28,330 nucleotides of DNA from Thermoproteota archaeon (GTDB lineage Archaea > Korarchaeota > JAOZGF01 > JAOZFZ01): positions 1 through 28,330 of the forward strand of contig JAOZFT010000009.1 of NCBI GenBank assembly GCA_027492035.1, written 5' to 3'. Positions 1-9,877 of the stretch are shown piece after piece (within the stretch, counting starts at the first letter, position 1; every line of letters starts with the position of its first letter). A model generated the notes under the pieces. That model worked only from the letters and a program-made list of their open reading frames with translations, searched no databases and was not told the origin of the DNA. The position numbers were made by a program, and so were the translations under genes.

Positions 1-909
1 TCCCTTCCACACCTGCTCATAGACCTCAGAGAATTCTGTTCCGGGGATCAGATCTATGAATCAGTGGAGCTAAGTTTGAGGAGAACTCTTTCAAAACTCA
101 AGGGGTTGAAGAGATACCTGGAAACAGTTTCAGGTATCACGATTGCAGGTTTCTCGGTTAGCTTCCACGAGAGAAGAATGGGCACCATATCATCTATTTT
201 AAAGGCATTAAACGAGTGGGCGGGAGACCAAGACACATACTTCGCTATAGCAATAGATGAAGCCCAGGGGCTTAAAGTAGTTCCAGGGTTTCCAAGGTTA
301 ATTGCTCATGTTTACGATTACCTGGAGAGGATTAAACTGATCATGGCAGGTTCCCAGGTTGGTTTACTGGACAGGTTCCTAGGCAAAGGAAACCCTGAAT
401 CCCCCCTTTTTGCAAGGCCCTTTTTAGAGGTGAAACTGGATAGACTTAGCAAGGAGAAGTCCCTGGATTTCCTGAGGAGAGGTTTCTCTGAGCTAGGAAT
501 AAGTTGTAGAGAGGAAAACTTGGAAGAAACATTTTCAAGGCTTAACGGAGTAATTGGTTGGCTTGCAAACTACGGTTACTACGCCACAGTTAAAGGGCAT
601 CAAAAAGCCTTAGAGCTCACAGTGAATGAGGGATCCACACTTGTCGCCAGTGAAATTGAAAACTTCCTTTCAAACAGAAGACCGGCTAGGAGAAGATACA
701 TTTCAATTTTAAAGCTTCTATCAACCAGACCAATGAGGTGGTCAGAGTTGAAGAGAGGTCTCTACGCCGAAGTAGGTAAAGTAAACGATAAAAACTTCAC
801 TCACTACACCAAAGAACTTATTTCATATGGATTCCTGGTGAAAGGAAAGGAGGGGATTTACAAGTTAGCTGACCCTCTCATCTCAGAAGCCATTAAAATA
901 ATAAGATAA
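1..909 (+). CDS. Archaeal ATPase (AAA+/STAND-like, C-terminal winged helix), 5'-truncated by the window edge
   Basis: Frame is open from base 1 (SLPHLLIDLREF...). Walker B FAIAIDEAQ, GSQVGLL, SPLFARP, GVIGWL and a C-terminal wHTH (MRWSELKR...YKLADPLI) are present. Walker A would lie upstream of the window. Confidence 0.85.
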   Translation, partial: SLPHLLIDLREFCSGDQIYESVELSLRRTLSKLKGLKRYLETVSGITIAGFSVSFHERRMGTISSILKALNEWAGDQDTYFAIAIDEAQGLKVVPGFPRLIAHVYDYLERIKLIMAGSQVGLLDRFLGKGNPESPLFARPFLEVKLDRLSKEKSLDFLRRGFSELGISCREENLEETFSRLNGVIGWLANYGYYATVKGHQKALELTVNEGSTLVASEIENFLSNRRPARRRYISILKLLSTRPMRWSELKRGLYAEVGKVNDKNFTHYTKELISYGFLVKGKEGIYKLADPLISEAIKIIR

Positions 910-1182
910 ATACTAATTTTACCTGTATCTAATGCCCAGCAAAAATTCATCTGTTAAAATTATGTTGAAAAAAGTGGATTAATTCAAGAAACAACCTCAC
1001 TAAGTTTTTCTTCTCATTAATGGAATAGGTAAATCACCTAGTTCCCTGAATTTTAGAGTTCTTAAACTTTCTCAATGTTTTCCTTGTCAACACATCCCTT
1101 CAAAATTTTTGTTTTCATTATAAAAACGCAATGAATCTTTTTTACTTTCGAGAAAAATGATGTTTATGTTAAATGAAGAATT

Positions 1183-1595
1183 TATAGGATTCTATTTTTA
1201 GGTTTGATACTCATGAAAGAGGTTTTATGTTTCTCTAGTAATGAATTGTAAATTGTGGGTTACTGCAGTTGCTGCTGTTGTTGCATTTGCTAAACTCATG
1301 GTTTGCCTTGATCTCGTTAGCTGATCATTTATTTCAGCTGATTTTTTTAGCGATTTCATAAGTATATGGGACTATTTTAAATCTCATAAGCTCTGACTCT
1401 GCTCTTCTAAGCATTTCCGGTAGCCTTGATAAGTTTTCCCGGTGAGAGAAATAAACCCCCAAAAGGTATCCATGTGCGGAAATGACAAATACTGCGCGGT
1501 AAGCCATTTCTTCATCAACCTTCTTTGCGAACCTTACAGCACCTTTGTCTCCTCTTACCAAATCAATAATGAAATTGGTGTCAAAACAGATACAT
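1183..1595 (-). pseudogene. vapC: VapC/PIN-domain toxin pseudogene
   Basis: Reconstruction across frameshifts gives M/ICFDTNFIIDLVRGDKGAV...YTYEIAKK/SAEINDQLTRSRQTMSLANATTAATAVTHNLQFITRET*...NLKIESY. There is an extra base after the ATG and an extra A in the A7 run near 1342-1348. Confidence 0.8.
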
Positions 1596-1739
1596 CTTTA
1601 TCACTGTAAGGAAGCCGTTAAACATCTCCTTTCTTTCCGCATCTAATCTTAAGAAGTGAAGTCCTCTATAGCCCACCTTTGTCTTAAACGGCTGAAACAG
1701 CTTTTAAACTGCACTTTTAACAGTTACCTTGCTCCCAAG

Positions 1740-1856
1740 TTTCGTCTCCATTTTTTATTAAGGAAGGAAAGCGGGGAAGTTTTGGAAGAATTTGTTGATA
1801 AACCTAAAGGAGACCCTGAAAACCCTTTAACAACCAATGAATTAAAGGAAAAATAG
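1740..1856 (+). pseudogene. C-terminal fragment of an MmgE/PrpD-family protein
   Basis: SGEVLEEFVDKPKGDPENPLTTNELKEK matches the PrpD C-terminal 'pkGdPenPl..eel.eKF' motif. The rest of the gene is absent. Confidence 0.6.
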
Positions 1857-2011
1857 ACTCTGAAAAAGAAGTAAACGTTTCTGAATACATTTAACTCCAT
1901 AAAACTTTTTAAAAGGGTTGAAGTAAGAAAATTTCGGGAAAAACACTTAAAAAGAAAGCACAAGCCTTTTTAGGCGAAAAAAGGAAAGAAAATAATTTTG
2001 GGTGTTTAGAA

Positions 2012-3127
2012 ATGTCTCCTTCCGAAAAGCTAAAGTTAAGTTTATTGGTTGCTTTCACAGTTTTTATGCTGGTTTCGGGGTGTTTAGGCCAAACCGCTAA
2101 GCCTAAACCTTCACCCACAAAACATACTTCACCACCCACTATTCACCCAACTAAGAAACCAGCTGCTTCACCTTCTGCAACTGCTTCCCCAACCATTAAA
2201 CCACCTACATCCACTCCTCAACCCTCAAAACCTTCACAAAAGTTTAAAGGAGACATTTATGTAGCAATAGTGATGCACAGTGAAGACCCTCACCATCCAG
2301 CATATCCAGACTTTAGGACAAACAAGTCAGCCTATATACAGTACAGGCAAGGACTGCTTAAATTCGCTGAAATACTGTATAATCATGGCTTAAAATTCGA
2401 TTTCCAAACTGACTGGAACTTCCTGGAAGGAATTAGAAAATGGGAAAACCAGAAACTTACAAGTTCAACCCAGGGAATGAACATAATAAAGTACCTGCAT
2501 GATGTGTTAGGGGATGAAATAGATCCCCACAGCCATGAACATGATGGATACAATTACGCAGATGTGGCTTACCTTATTCAGTTACTCGACACACAGCCTT
2601 CCACAGTTGTCGGGGGCCACATTTACAACCCGAAAAGTCCAAATTATCAAAACTGGCCTAGGTTTGAAGAAACACTTAAGGGGTTAAAGTATCCTGAGGC
2701 TGAATGGAAAGCTGAAATACTTTGGGGAGAAAGCACCGTAAACCATGTTGATGACCCTGTTGTTTCAGGAGTTTGGAAACCTAAAGACCCTTATCATTTC
2801 TTTGAGCATAGTGAAAAAGGGAAACTTATAACTATAGGAGGTTACGAGAGGAACATAGAGGGTGTAAATGAACTTGTTTCAAAATATGAAAAAGGAGAGT
2901 TGGAAAACGGTAAAATTTACACAGTTAATGTTTTTGTTGAACAGAGTCAAGCAGTGAGTGAGGACTTTAGGTCATTTTTTGAGAAAACAATTTTGAATAG
3001 CCTTGAAAAGTTGGAAAGTGAAGACTTGATTTACGTAACAACTCTAGAAGATATAGCAAAGATTTGGAAAGAAAAATATCATGAAATCCCAAATATTTAC
3101 ATAAAGTATATACCGAAACTTTCTTGA
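2012..3127 (+). CDS. Secreted lipoprotein with Pro/Ser/Thr linker and a putative deacetylase/glycoside-hydrolase-type barrel domain
   Basis: Signal peptide ends in lipobox-like VSGC, followed by a ~50 aa P/S/T/K linker. His/acidic motifs MHSED and HSHE resemble NodB-type metal ligands. Confidence 0.6.
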   Translation: MSPSEKLKLSLLVAFTVFMLVSGCLGQTAKPKPSPTKHTSPPTIHPTKKPAASPSATASPTIKPPTSTPQPSKPSQKFKGDIYVAIVMHSEDPHHPAYPDFRTNKSAYIQYRQGLLKFAEILYNHGLKFDFQTDWNFLEGIRKWENQKLTSSTQGMNIIKYLHDVLGDEIDPHSHEHDGYNYADVAYLIQLLDTQPSTVVGGHIYNPKSPNYQNWPRFEETLKGLKYPEAEWKAEILWGESTVNHVDDPVVSGVWKPKDPYHFFEHSEKGKLITIGGYERNIEGVNELVSKYEKGELENGKIYTVNVFVEQSQAVSEDFRSFFEKTILNSLEKLESEDLIYVTTLEDIAKIWKEKYHEIPNIYIKYIPKLS

Positions 3128-3145
3128 AAGAGGGGGGAGGGCTTT

Positions 3146-3943
3146 TTGCAGCGTATTTTTCAAAGTAAGAGAACGAATTACCAAAAAATTTTTTACAATG
3201 GATCACTTTCAGCTTTGGTCTTCAGCTACTTTTTGTTAGGAACAGAAATTTGGGCTTACATTAACTCTTGGGCAAATGTAATTTTTGGTTTAAGGATTTC
3301 AGCAGTTGCGGCAGTGGTAGCTACAGCTCTTCTTCACTCCTTCTACTTAGTAAATGTAAAGAAAGGACTAATGATTCTTTGTTCCTCATTAACAATTGGT
3401 TTTTTCATGGAGATTGTAGGCGTTACAACAGGTTTCCCTTTTGGAGGTTACATATACAACAAATCCCTTTTCCTACTTTTTAACAAAGTTTTTATAGGTG
3501 TACCGCCCATGTGGTTCACATTAGGCTACATAGCTTTAAACATAACTAATGAGTTGCTTGGTGGAGAAAAGAAGCCATTAATTTATTTCTTAGTCATAGA
3601 TAGTTTCTGTTTGACTTCATGGGATTTAACAATGGATCCAGTAATGTCGACAGGGCTTCACACATGGACCTGGGTAAAGGGAGAATTTTTCGGTGTGCCT
3701 TTAACTAATTTTGTGGGATGGACCTTTACAGGGTTAATAATATCCTTTATGAACCGAGTAGTTATTCTTCATGGAAAAAGGGAAACCAAGAAAGAAAAAA
3801 TAGATGTTATGCTTTATCTTTACCTTTATTTACTGGTTTATTTTGTTTATCTCTCAATTTACTGTCACCATCCTGAATTTGCAGTTCCAGGAATATTCGC
3901 TATGGTTCCTTACTTACTATTGCCTAAAAAGAAAAAAACTTAA
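3146..3943 (+). CDS. Carotenoid biosynthesis family membrane protein (CruF-like hydratase, DUF422)
   Basis: Motifs EIVGVTTGFPFGGYIY, GVPPMW, WDLTMDP and FFGVPLTNFVGW, with multiple TM helices. Confidence 0.8.
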   Translation: MQRIFQSKRTNYQKIFYNGSLSALVFSYFLLGTEIWAYINSWANVIFGLRISAVAAVVATALLHSFYLVNVKKGLMILCSSLTIGFFMEIVGVTTGFPFGGYIYNKSLFLLFNKVFIGVPPMWFTLGYIALNITNELLGGEKKPLIYFLVIDSFCLTSWDLTMDPVMSTGLHTWTWVKGEFFGVPLTNFVGWTFTGLIISFMNRVVILHGKRETKKEKIDVMLYLYLYLLVYFVYLSIYCHHPEFAVPGIFAMVPYLLLPKKKKT

Positions 3944-4168
3944 ACAAAAACTAAGGTTTTCATGTTTAATCTTTAAACACTTGAAGAAAAAGACGTAGAG
4001 AAAGGTTTAAAGGAGAAAAAGCCTGGAAAAAATCAAAGGAAACAAACGAAAAACAAGAAGGATGTAAAATTAAAGAAAACAAAAGGAACACTTTTAAAAA
4101 CCTATTTCTCCCAAGTAATGCTTAGCAAATAGTTCAAAGTAATCCCCCAACGCTTTTTGAGCAATATC

Positions 4169-4543
4169 TTACGTGCTTTTGTCTCCATACTTAAAAATTA
4201 ATTTTTGGGAGTAAGGAGCAACACCTGCAAGAATTTCCTTCCCTATATATCTGTCGAATTCAAACCATTTACCTGAGATATTACTTATTAATCTGGCGCA
4301 AGTTATGAACGGCACCCATGTGTCAATTTCGTAAAGTCGCTGGTAATCTTCTCCCCAATTCTTCATTTTCTCAATTACTTTATTTAATGAGGAAGTTAAA
4401 AGGTTGCTGTCTTCCATAAACCAGAAATTAAAATAGTTCCTAGCTAAAAGAATGGTTAAGTAAGGGTACTCGCTAGGCTTCAAATCTATAACATACACAC
4501 CTATGTTTCCAGCAGATTCAACGGGTTTCTTTGTAAGTTTCAA
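4169..4543 (-). CDS. Hypothetical protein
   Basis: 124 aa ORF with GGAGTGA SD upstream of a TTG start and globular composition. No recognised motif. Confidence 0.55.
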   Translation of the reverse strand: MKLTKKPVESAGNIGVYVIDLKPSEYPYLTILLARNYFNFWFMEDSNLLTSSLNKVIEKMKNWGEDYQRLYEIDTWVPFITCARLISNISGKWFEFDRYIGKEILAGVAPYSQKLIFKYGDKST

Positions 4544-4828
4544 ATATTCACTCCTATCTCTCCTTTTTCAAAAGAAACAAATAATCCACTAATCATTGTT
4601 GCTACTTTCCTTTTTAGTTTTTAGGAGATATCGAAAAATGGTTTATAAATTTTGTTCCTTAAACTTTTTAGCTTTGTTAATGGGTACAGAAACAACCCTG
4701 TTTTCACAGCGTCAATATTAAGGAAAAAAAGTTTTACAAAAAAGAAATAAATTAAAAAAAGAGAAATAAAAAGTATTTTCAAGAAACTTTGTTTTTTAGG
4801 ATTTATAGGTTAGGAAGAATGGAGGGGG

Positions 4829-5167
4829 GTGGCAGTGTTTAACGTTTTAGGGACAATAATCGGGTGGATAATTTCAGCCATAGCTGTTTGGGTTTCTCAA
4901 AAAATTGTTTTGGAGGAAAGGAAAGAGAAAGGGTTTGTTTCATGCCTGGGATTAACTCTTTCAGGGACAATACTCGGATGGATTCTGGGTTTTATACCTT
5001 TAATAGGTTGGCTTCTTTCAATCATAACTTGGCTGCTCCTCATTAAAGTTTGGTTTGACATTAGTTGGTTAAGGGCCTTAGTTATAGCGATACTTGCCTG
5101 GATAATCCTGATAATAATGAATGTAATAGTTAAAGTACTGAATTTACAGTTTGGACTTCATTTCTGA
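4829..5167 (+). CDS. Small multi-pass membrane protein
   Basis: GGAGGGG SD before GTG, and about four hydrophobic helices (ILGFIPLIGWLL...SWLRALVIAILAW). Confidence 0.75.
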   Translation: MAVFNVLGTIIGWIISAIAVWVSQKIVLEERKEKGFVSCLGLTLSGTILGWILGFIPLIGWLLSIITWLLLIKVWFDISWLRALVIAILAWIILIIMNVIVKVLNLQFGLHF

Positions 5168-5416
5168 AAAACGCAATGTTCCTTTTTCCTCCCCAGTTGA
5201 ACAGCAAAACGTAACAGATATTTTTAAAAAGGGCTTAGTAAAAATCAATTTTACACAGAAGCATAAAGGGAACACTTGCTTTATAATTCAGGATTCTCCC
5301 AAGTCAACTTAAATCACAACGCTTCAATACTTGCTAGAGAAAATTCATTAAGAAACACTATTTCTCTCTCAAAAATTTTATAAATATGTAATTTACTATT
5401 TAAAATTTTGAAAAGG

Positions 5417-6025
5417 TCAATCCGAAGAAGTCAACTTAGGTTTTACGAATCCGTGGTTAATTAAGGTTATACGTTTCTCAACTTCCACTACTCCTCCTTC
5501 ATGCTTAAAAATTGTTTTAAATGTTGACTTCCATTTTCCGCCAGGGTTCAGAGAAATACTTGCTTCATTTACCCTAACAACCACGGTTCCATCCCCAGAT
5601 AAATCCTTTATCTCCAAATTTGCAGTTTTGTCTTTGAAAGGTAGACTATAAACCCCAAATAGATCACTGGCAGTTCCTCCACCAATTCCACCACTTAAAC
5701 TAGTGCCTGAACCATAAATCAGTTTTAAGGAAGAATTCAATTGAATGAATTCAGAATTAACAAAGCCTTCCAATACATGTGAATCTTCATTTAACCAGTA
5801 CTTTGGAAAATCAATGAACAAGTTAAAGGGTTTCCCTTCTAAAATTTTTCCGTGTTCATTTACCCAGAACTCTAAGAAAATGTATTCACCGGATTCAGCT
5901 CTCCTTCCAACCTCAGAAGGGGAAAGAAAAAACAAGGAAAACAAAAGCAACAAAGAAGTAATTAATGAAACTAGAACGAAAATTTTCCATCTGACCCTTA
6001 AATTCGGATCGATGCACTGTAACAT
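5417..6025 (-). CDS. Membrane-anchored/secreted hypothetical protein
   Basis: N-terminal TM/signal helix, then a beta-rich domain with IDFP and Gly-rich GSGTSLSGGIGGGTAS. Confidence 0.7.
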   Translation of the reverse strand: MLQCIDPNLRVRWKIFVLVSLITSLLLLFSLFFLSPSEVGRRAESGEYIFLEFWVNEHGKILEGKPFNLFIDFPKYWLNEDSHVLEGFVNSEFIQLNSSLKLIYGSGTSLSGGIGGGTASDLFGVYSLPFKDKTANLEIKDLSGDGTVVVRVNEASISLNPGGKWKSTFKTIFKHEGGVVEVEKRITLINHGFVKPKLTSSD

Positions 6026-6085
6026 CCCATCACATCAATGGAGAATGAAAAATACAGTTAACCTACTGTATCAATTTAAGAAATA

Positions 6086-6445
6086 TTAAGAGTACTTTTT
6101 TAAAGCAGTTTTTCGGGCATCAAAAGCACTGAAAATCCCGATTATCAACCCCGCTGTCAAAAGGTAACTTGGTGATGTGTAAACAATCATTGCCCATAAT
6201 ATTAAAGCTCCAATCACCCATAACCCGCCTCTTTTCCACTTTCCAAGATAGAAGTGGCCAAGTCCAGCTACCAAGAAACCTAGAACAGTGGCTAACATAA
6301 CACTTTTCTTTTTCAAAGGCATCGTGTCCTGTTGGGAGACTGGAACAGCAACAGATTCTGCAGAAGTTACTACTTGTGCACCGCAACTTGGGCAAAAAGA
6401 TGCACCTGGAGGTATTTCTTTTCCGCATACATTACAGAAAGACAA
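6086..6445 (-). CDS. Zinc-ribbon plus TM2-like membrane protein
   Basis: FCNVCG...FCPSCG zinc ribbon, then KKSVMLATVLGFLVAGLGHFYLGKWKRG (TM2-type motif) and TM helices. Confidence 0.85.
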   Translation of the reverse strand: MSFCNVCGKEIPPGASFCPSCGAQVVTSAESVAVPVSQQDTMPLKKKSVMLATVLGFLVAGLGHFYLGKWKRGGLWVIGALILWAMIVYTSPSYLLTAGLIIGIFSAFDARKTALKKYS

Positions 6446-6689
6446 CTTTCACACCGGTAATTTTAACAGAATGAAAATTATTTAAATTTAACCTGGAATT
6501 ATGATGGAAATAGTAAAATTTAAATAAAAATTTTGCATCGATTTGTTCAAAACCAGTCTAGTTTGGTTGAATTACTTCTGATTCTTCCACTCTAGATGGA
6601 TCGCTTCTTTACGCTTAAGCAGAAGATAAAGAAGCTAAATTGAAGAGAAAATAAACCCAAAATCGCAAAAAAATGAGTTGAAACCTTAA

Positions 6690-8585
6690 ATGTATAATAA
6701 GAAACCTCTACTTCTTTTAATTATACCTTTAATTTTAGCTTCAACATTAACTGTGGTTGAAGTAAAATCTGAAGATGACGACCTTTGCAGTAAATATTGT
6801 GAAATACTTCACAACTATTTATTTTGGAAGGATAAATGGGAAAAGTGCAAGGCATCTGGTGGATGTGAAGAAGGCAATGACATATATATGCAGTATATAG
6901 CTGCTTTTCACAAATATACTAACTTTATTTCAAGCCATGATATCTCAGCATGTTCATGTGGAAAGTTAATCAGTGAGTCAACCAATAAACCAACCAATAA
7001 ACCAATCACTGATTCAGATAGTGACGGAGTTCCTGACGAGAGAGATGAGTGTCCAAATACACCTCCTGATGTTACCGTGGATGAAAAAGGATGCCCAGTG
7101 ACGACTTCCCAAGTAACCGATGAAGTATTCATTCAAAGCATTGATCCCCCTATAGGAACAGTGTTTTCTCCTGGGCAACAAGTAACTTTCAAGGCTTCAA
7201 TAAATTATGTATTAACTTCTAAACCTACAGGTGAAGTATATCTTTATGGTCAACCTTCAGAAACTTGGAGTCAAGCAGGATCTCTTACTGTTAGTCAGGG
7301 AAAAGGAAATATTCAGCTGCAATTTACATATACAGTTCCTGAAGATAAAGAAAGGTTCCTTGTTGTAGCTGCTTTGTACCCGGAAGAAGTTACTGATACA
7401 AAAACCTACGATTTTAAGGAGTTTTTCATAGTTCCAGAAAAGAAACTTTCTGTTTCGGTCTCTACAGATAGGGAAGTATACAACGTAAATGATACTGTGT
7501 GGGTTAGTGGTTCTGTAACTTCCACTGACCAAGATGTAACAGGTGCCACGGTTTCAATAGAGGTTACTAGTCCATCTGGTAAATACATTGCTGAAGTTGT
7601 CGAAGTTGATAGTCAAGGCAATTATCAGTGGCCATGTGACCTTAAGCTTGCCTTTAAAGGTGATGCACCTCCAGGGGAATGGAAAGTTAAGGTCAAAGCT
7701 TGGAAAACAGGTTGTAAAGAAGCATATGCAACTAAAACTTTTTCTGTTTCTGAATCTGTAACTAATGGTACATCCGCCTTGACAACTTTGATTATAGGGG
7801 CTGGAGGCCTTTCATTGGTGGGGTTACTTCTTAAGTCTTTATTTTCGAGAAAAAAGAAGATTCTGAAGCCTTCCACTGTTTCTACTACACCTTCTACGTC
7901 ACCTTCAATACTAAAATCTGTTCCTTCATTATTAGATGCTGCTGCATCGTTTCTTAGTTCTGGTGATACCTATCTAGAAGCTGTAGAGAAAGGAGTTAAT
8001 GCTTTAATGCCCTCAGGCCGAGGTGTGTTTATTACTACTGTTACACAACAAAGAGTATTTAGCACCTTAAGTAGAGCTAAGAAATGGGTGAAGAAATTCA
8101 AAAGTTCAAAATGGGGAGGAAGACTTAAGCGTTTAGGTAAATGGGGCACAGGTGTTGATTTATTTTCTAGAACATGGAGCGTGGTAAAAACTGGTATGGA
8201 GGAAGGAGTTGCTGAAGCTGGTGGCAAAGCAAGTGAAAAAGCAATTTCGTTCATTGTAACCACCGCATTTACACCTTTAGCTATTGTTGATATTATAACT
8301 GGTGGTAAAGTCTCCTCACTTGTTGAGAAAGGCGTAAGAAAAGTCAGAAAAACAACTGCAAACTTTATAGGTAAAGAAATTGATGCTCATTTTGAGAAGA
8401 TCCATGAGAAAAACATGAAAGAACAGAGAATGTTCCGTCACGAACTTGAAAGACTAAAAAGAAGAACCGACTTAACAAGCCAGGATAAGAAAAAGATCCT
8501 GAAGAATCTACGTAAAAAATTTAGAATGGAAGAACAGGAAAAAAGTTTCCTGGAGTTTATGCGTGATAAGCTTTTGTTCTTATGA
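6690..8585 (+). CDS. Large single-pass cell-surface protein: signal peptide, Cys-rich domain, TSP3-type Ca-binding repeat, two Ig-like domains, TM helix, ~245 aa cytoplasmic domain
   Basis: Signal peptide; six-Cys N-terminal region; DSDSDGVPDERDECPNTP...DEKGCP; SVSTDREVYNVNDTV...APPGEWKVKV (MG2/Ig-like); TM LIIGAGGLSLVGLLL followed by RKKK. Confidence 0.8.
   Translation: MYNKKPLLLLIIPLILASTLTVVEVKSEDDDLCSKYCEILHNYLFWKDKWEKCKASGGCEEGNDIYMQYIAAFHKYTNFISSHDISACSCGKLISESTNKPTNKPITDSDSDGVPDERDECPNTPPDVTVDEKGCPVTTSQVTDEVFIQSIDPPIGTVFSPGQQVTFKASINYVLTSKPTGEVYLYGQPSETWSQAGSLTVSQGKGNIQLQFTYTVPEDKERFLVVAALYPEEVTDTKTYDFKEFFIVPEKKLSVSVSTDREVYNVNDTVWVSGSVTSTDQDVTGATVSIEVTSPSGKYIAEVVEVDSQGNYQWPCDLKLAFKGDAPPGEWKVKVKAWKTGCKEAYATKTFSVSESVTNGTSALTTLIIGAGGLSLVGLLLKSLFSRKKKILKPSTVSTTPSTSPSILKSVPSLLDAAASFLSSGDTYLEAVEKGVNALMPSGRGVFITTVTQQRVFSTLSRAKKWVKKFKSSKWGGRLKRLGKWGTGVDLFSRTWSVVKTGMEEGVAEAGGKASEKAISFIVTTAFTPLAIVDIITGGKVSSLVEKGVRKVRKTTANFIGKEIDAHFEKIHEKNMKEQRMFRHELERLKRRTDLTSQDKKKILKNLRKKFRMEEQEKSFLEFMRDKLLFL
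6979..7002 (+). repeat. 12-bp tandem repeat (CAACCAATAAAC x2) in a coding linker
   Basis: Seen directly. Encodes TNKP-TNKP. Confidence 0.85.
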
Positions 8586-8591
8586 AGGTGA

Positions 8592-9686
8592 ATGTTTTTG
8601 GAATATGTAATCTTAGATAAACATGAGACTTTAAAGTTAATCAGGGCAATGGGATTGAAGCTTGGTGAAGGCTCTCCTTTGAACCAGTTTACATTTAAAG
8701 AGCCTTTAGATTTTTCAAGTTTGAAGGTAAAACATGTTTCTGAGGATGCAGCTAAACTGTTAGGGATCATTGCAGACCCTGAACAAGTTCTCCTGCTTCT
8801 TATTAAAGCTGCAGATTTTGAATATAACCTTTTATACTACGGGAAGGAGGGTGTTTTACTTCAGTATGGGATTGAAAACGAAGAGCCCGCCATTTATGAC
8901 GTATTAGATGGCTTGTCTCTTGTAGATTTCTTACACTCTTTATTTAAGCATAGCGCAGGGAACAGAGCCTCTTACATGGTTTTATCTATTCCAGAGTATC
9001 TTGTACTCTGCGCTGCCATTAAACTTCAAGAGTACTCAGACTTCATAGGAGGAATTAGCCAAGAGGATGACTTTCTGCATTTCACTACGACAGACTTAAA
9101 AGAAGAGATACAAATCAGTTTAAATAAAACACTAAAAGGGCCAATTAAATGGACACAAAAAGATGAAGCCCAGATTAATGCCACCATATCTAATCTTGTA
9201 AAAAAAGGGTTCCTCCAGTACATGAAAGGGGGACTTTTAAAGATCACTGAACATTGGAAGAAACTAGTTTCAGTTACAAGTACAGACAGTATGTCGCTTA
9301 CTATGTGGATCAGAAACTTTAAACGTAAAGAAGATAAATCAGTTAGGGTAATGGGCAACGTTGACGGAACAGTTTCCTTTGAAATATATTCAAATGGCGT
9401 TATTCTACGTGAAATACCTTCATCTCAACTGAAAAATTACCTTCTCTTAACTATATTTGGAGCAGCTGAATCTGTCCCTGCATCGGTGCAAGTGTGTCCA
9501 AGATGCGGATTTACGAATGACTCAACTTCTAGATTTTGCATCAAATGTGGGCAAAGCTTAACAAAAACTTTAAAACCCGCTCAGTCACAGGATGCAAAGC
9601 CTCAAGCGCTTTACTGTATAAAATGCGGAGCTAAAATCCTTCCAGGAGCTAAGTTCTGTACAAAATGCGGAGCTAAGATCACTTAA
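8592..9686 (+). CDS. Cytoplasmic protein with uncharacterised N-terminal domain and C-terminal double zinc ribbon
   Basis: GAAGGTG SD, 6 nt after the upstream stop. C-terminal CPRCG..FCIKCG and YCIKCG..FCTKCG. Confidence 0.85.
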   Translation: MFLEYVILDKHETLKLIRAMGLKLGEGSPLNQFTFKEPLDFSSLKVKHVSEDAAKLLGIIADPEQVLLLLIKAADFEYNLLYYGKEGVLLQYGIENEEPAIYDVLDGLSLVDFLHSLFKHSAGNRASYMVLSIPEYLVLCAAIKLQEYSDFIGGISQEDDFLHFTTTDLKEEIQISLNKTLKGPIKWTQKDEAQINATISNLVKKGFLQYMKGGLLKITEHWKKLVSVTSTDSMSLTMWIRNFKRKEDKSVRVMGNVDGTVSFEIYSNGVILREIPSSQLKNYLLLTIFGAAESVPASVQVCPRCGFTNDSTSRFCIKCGQSLTKTLKPAQSQDAKPQALYCIKCGAKILPGAKFCTKCGAKIT

Positions 9687-9877
9687 CCCTTAAACGTGCC
9701 TATAAAAACGGAGGCCGCTTACCCATGGATACTGTGTGCAATGTAGCAGGAGAACTCCTCCAGGTTTCCGTCTTGTGTATATGCCGTGGTTCAGAAGTAA
9801 CCGCGTATTTTAAGGTAGCGTGAGAATTCAAGTTAGATGGTTAGATAGAATGTAAATGCTTTAAGAGGTGTGTTTGT

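Noticed and set aside
6908-9358. Several minus-strand ORFs inside the 631-aa and 364-aa genes
   Set aside because: Antisense shadows of well-supported plus-strand genes.
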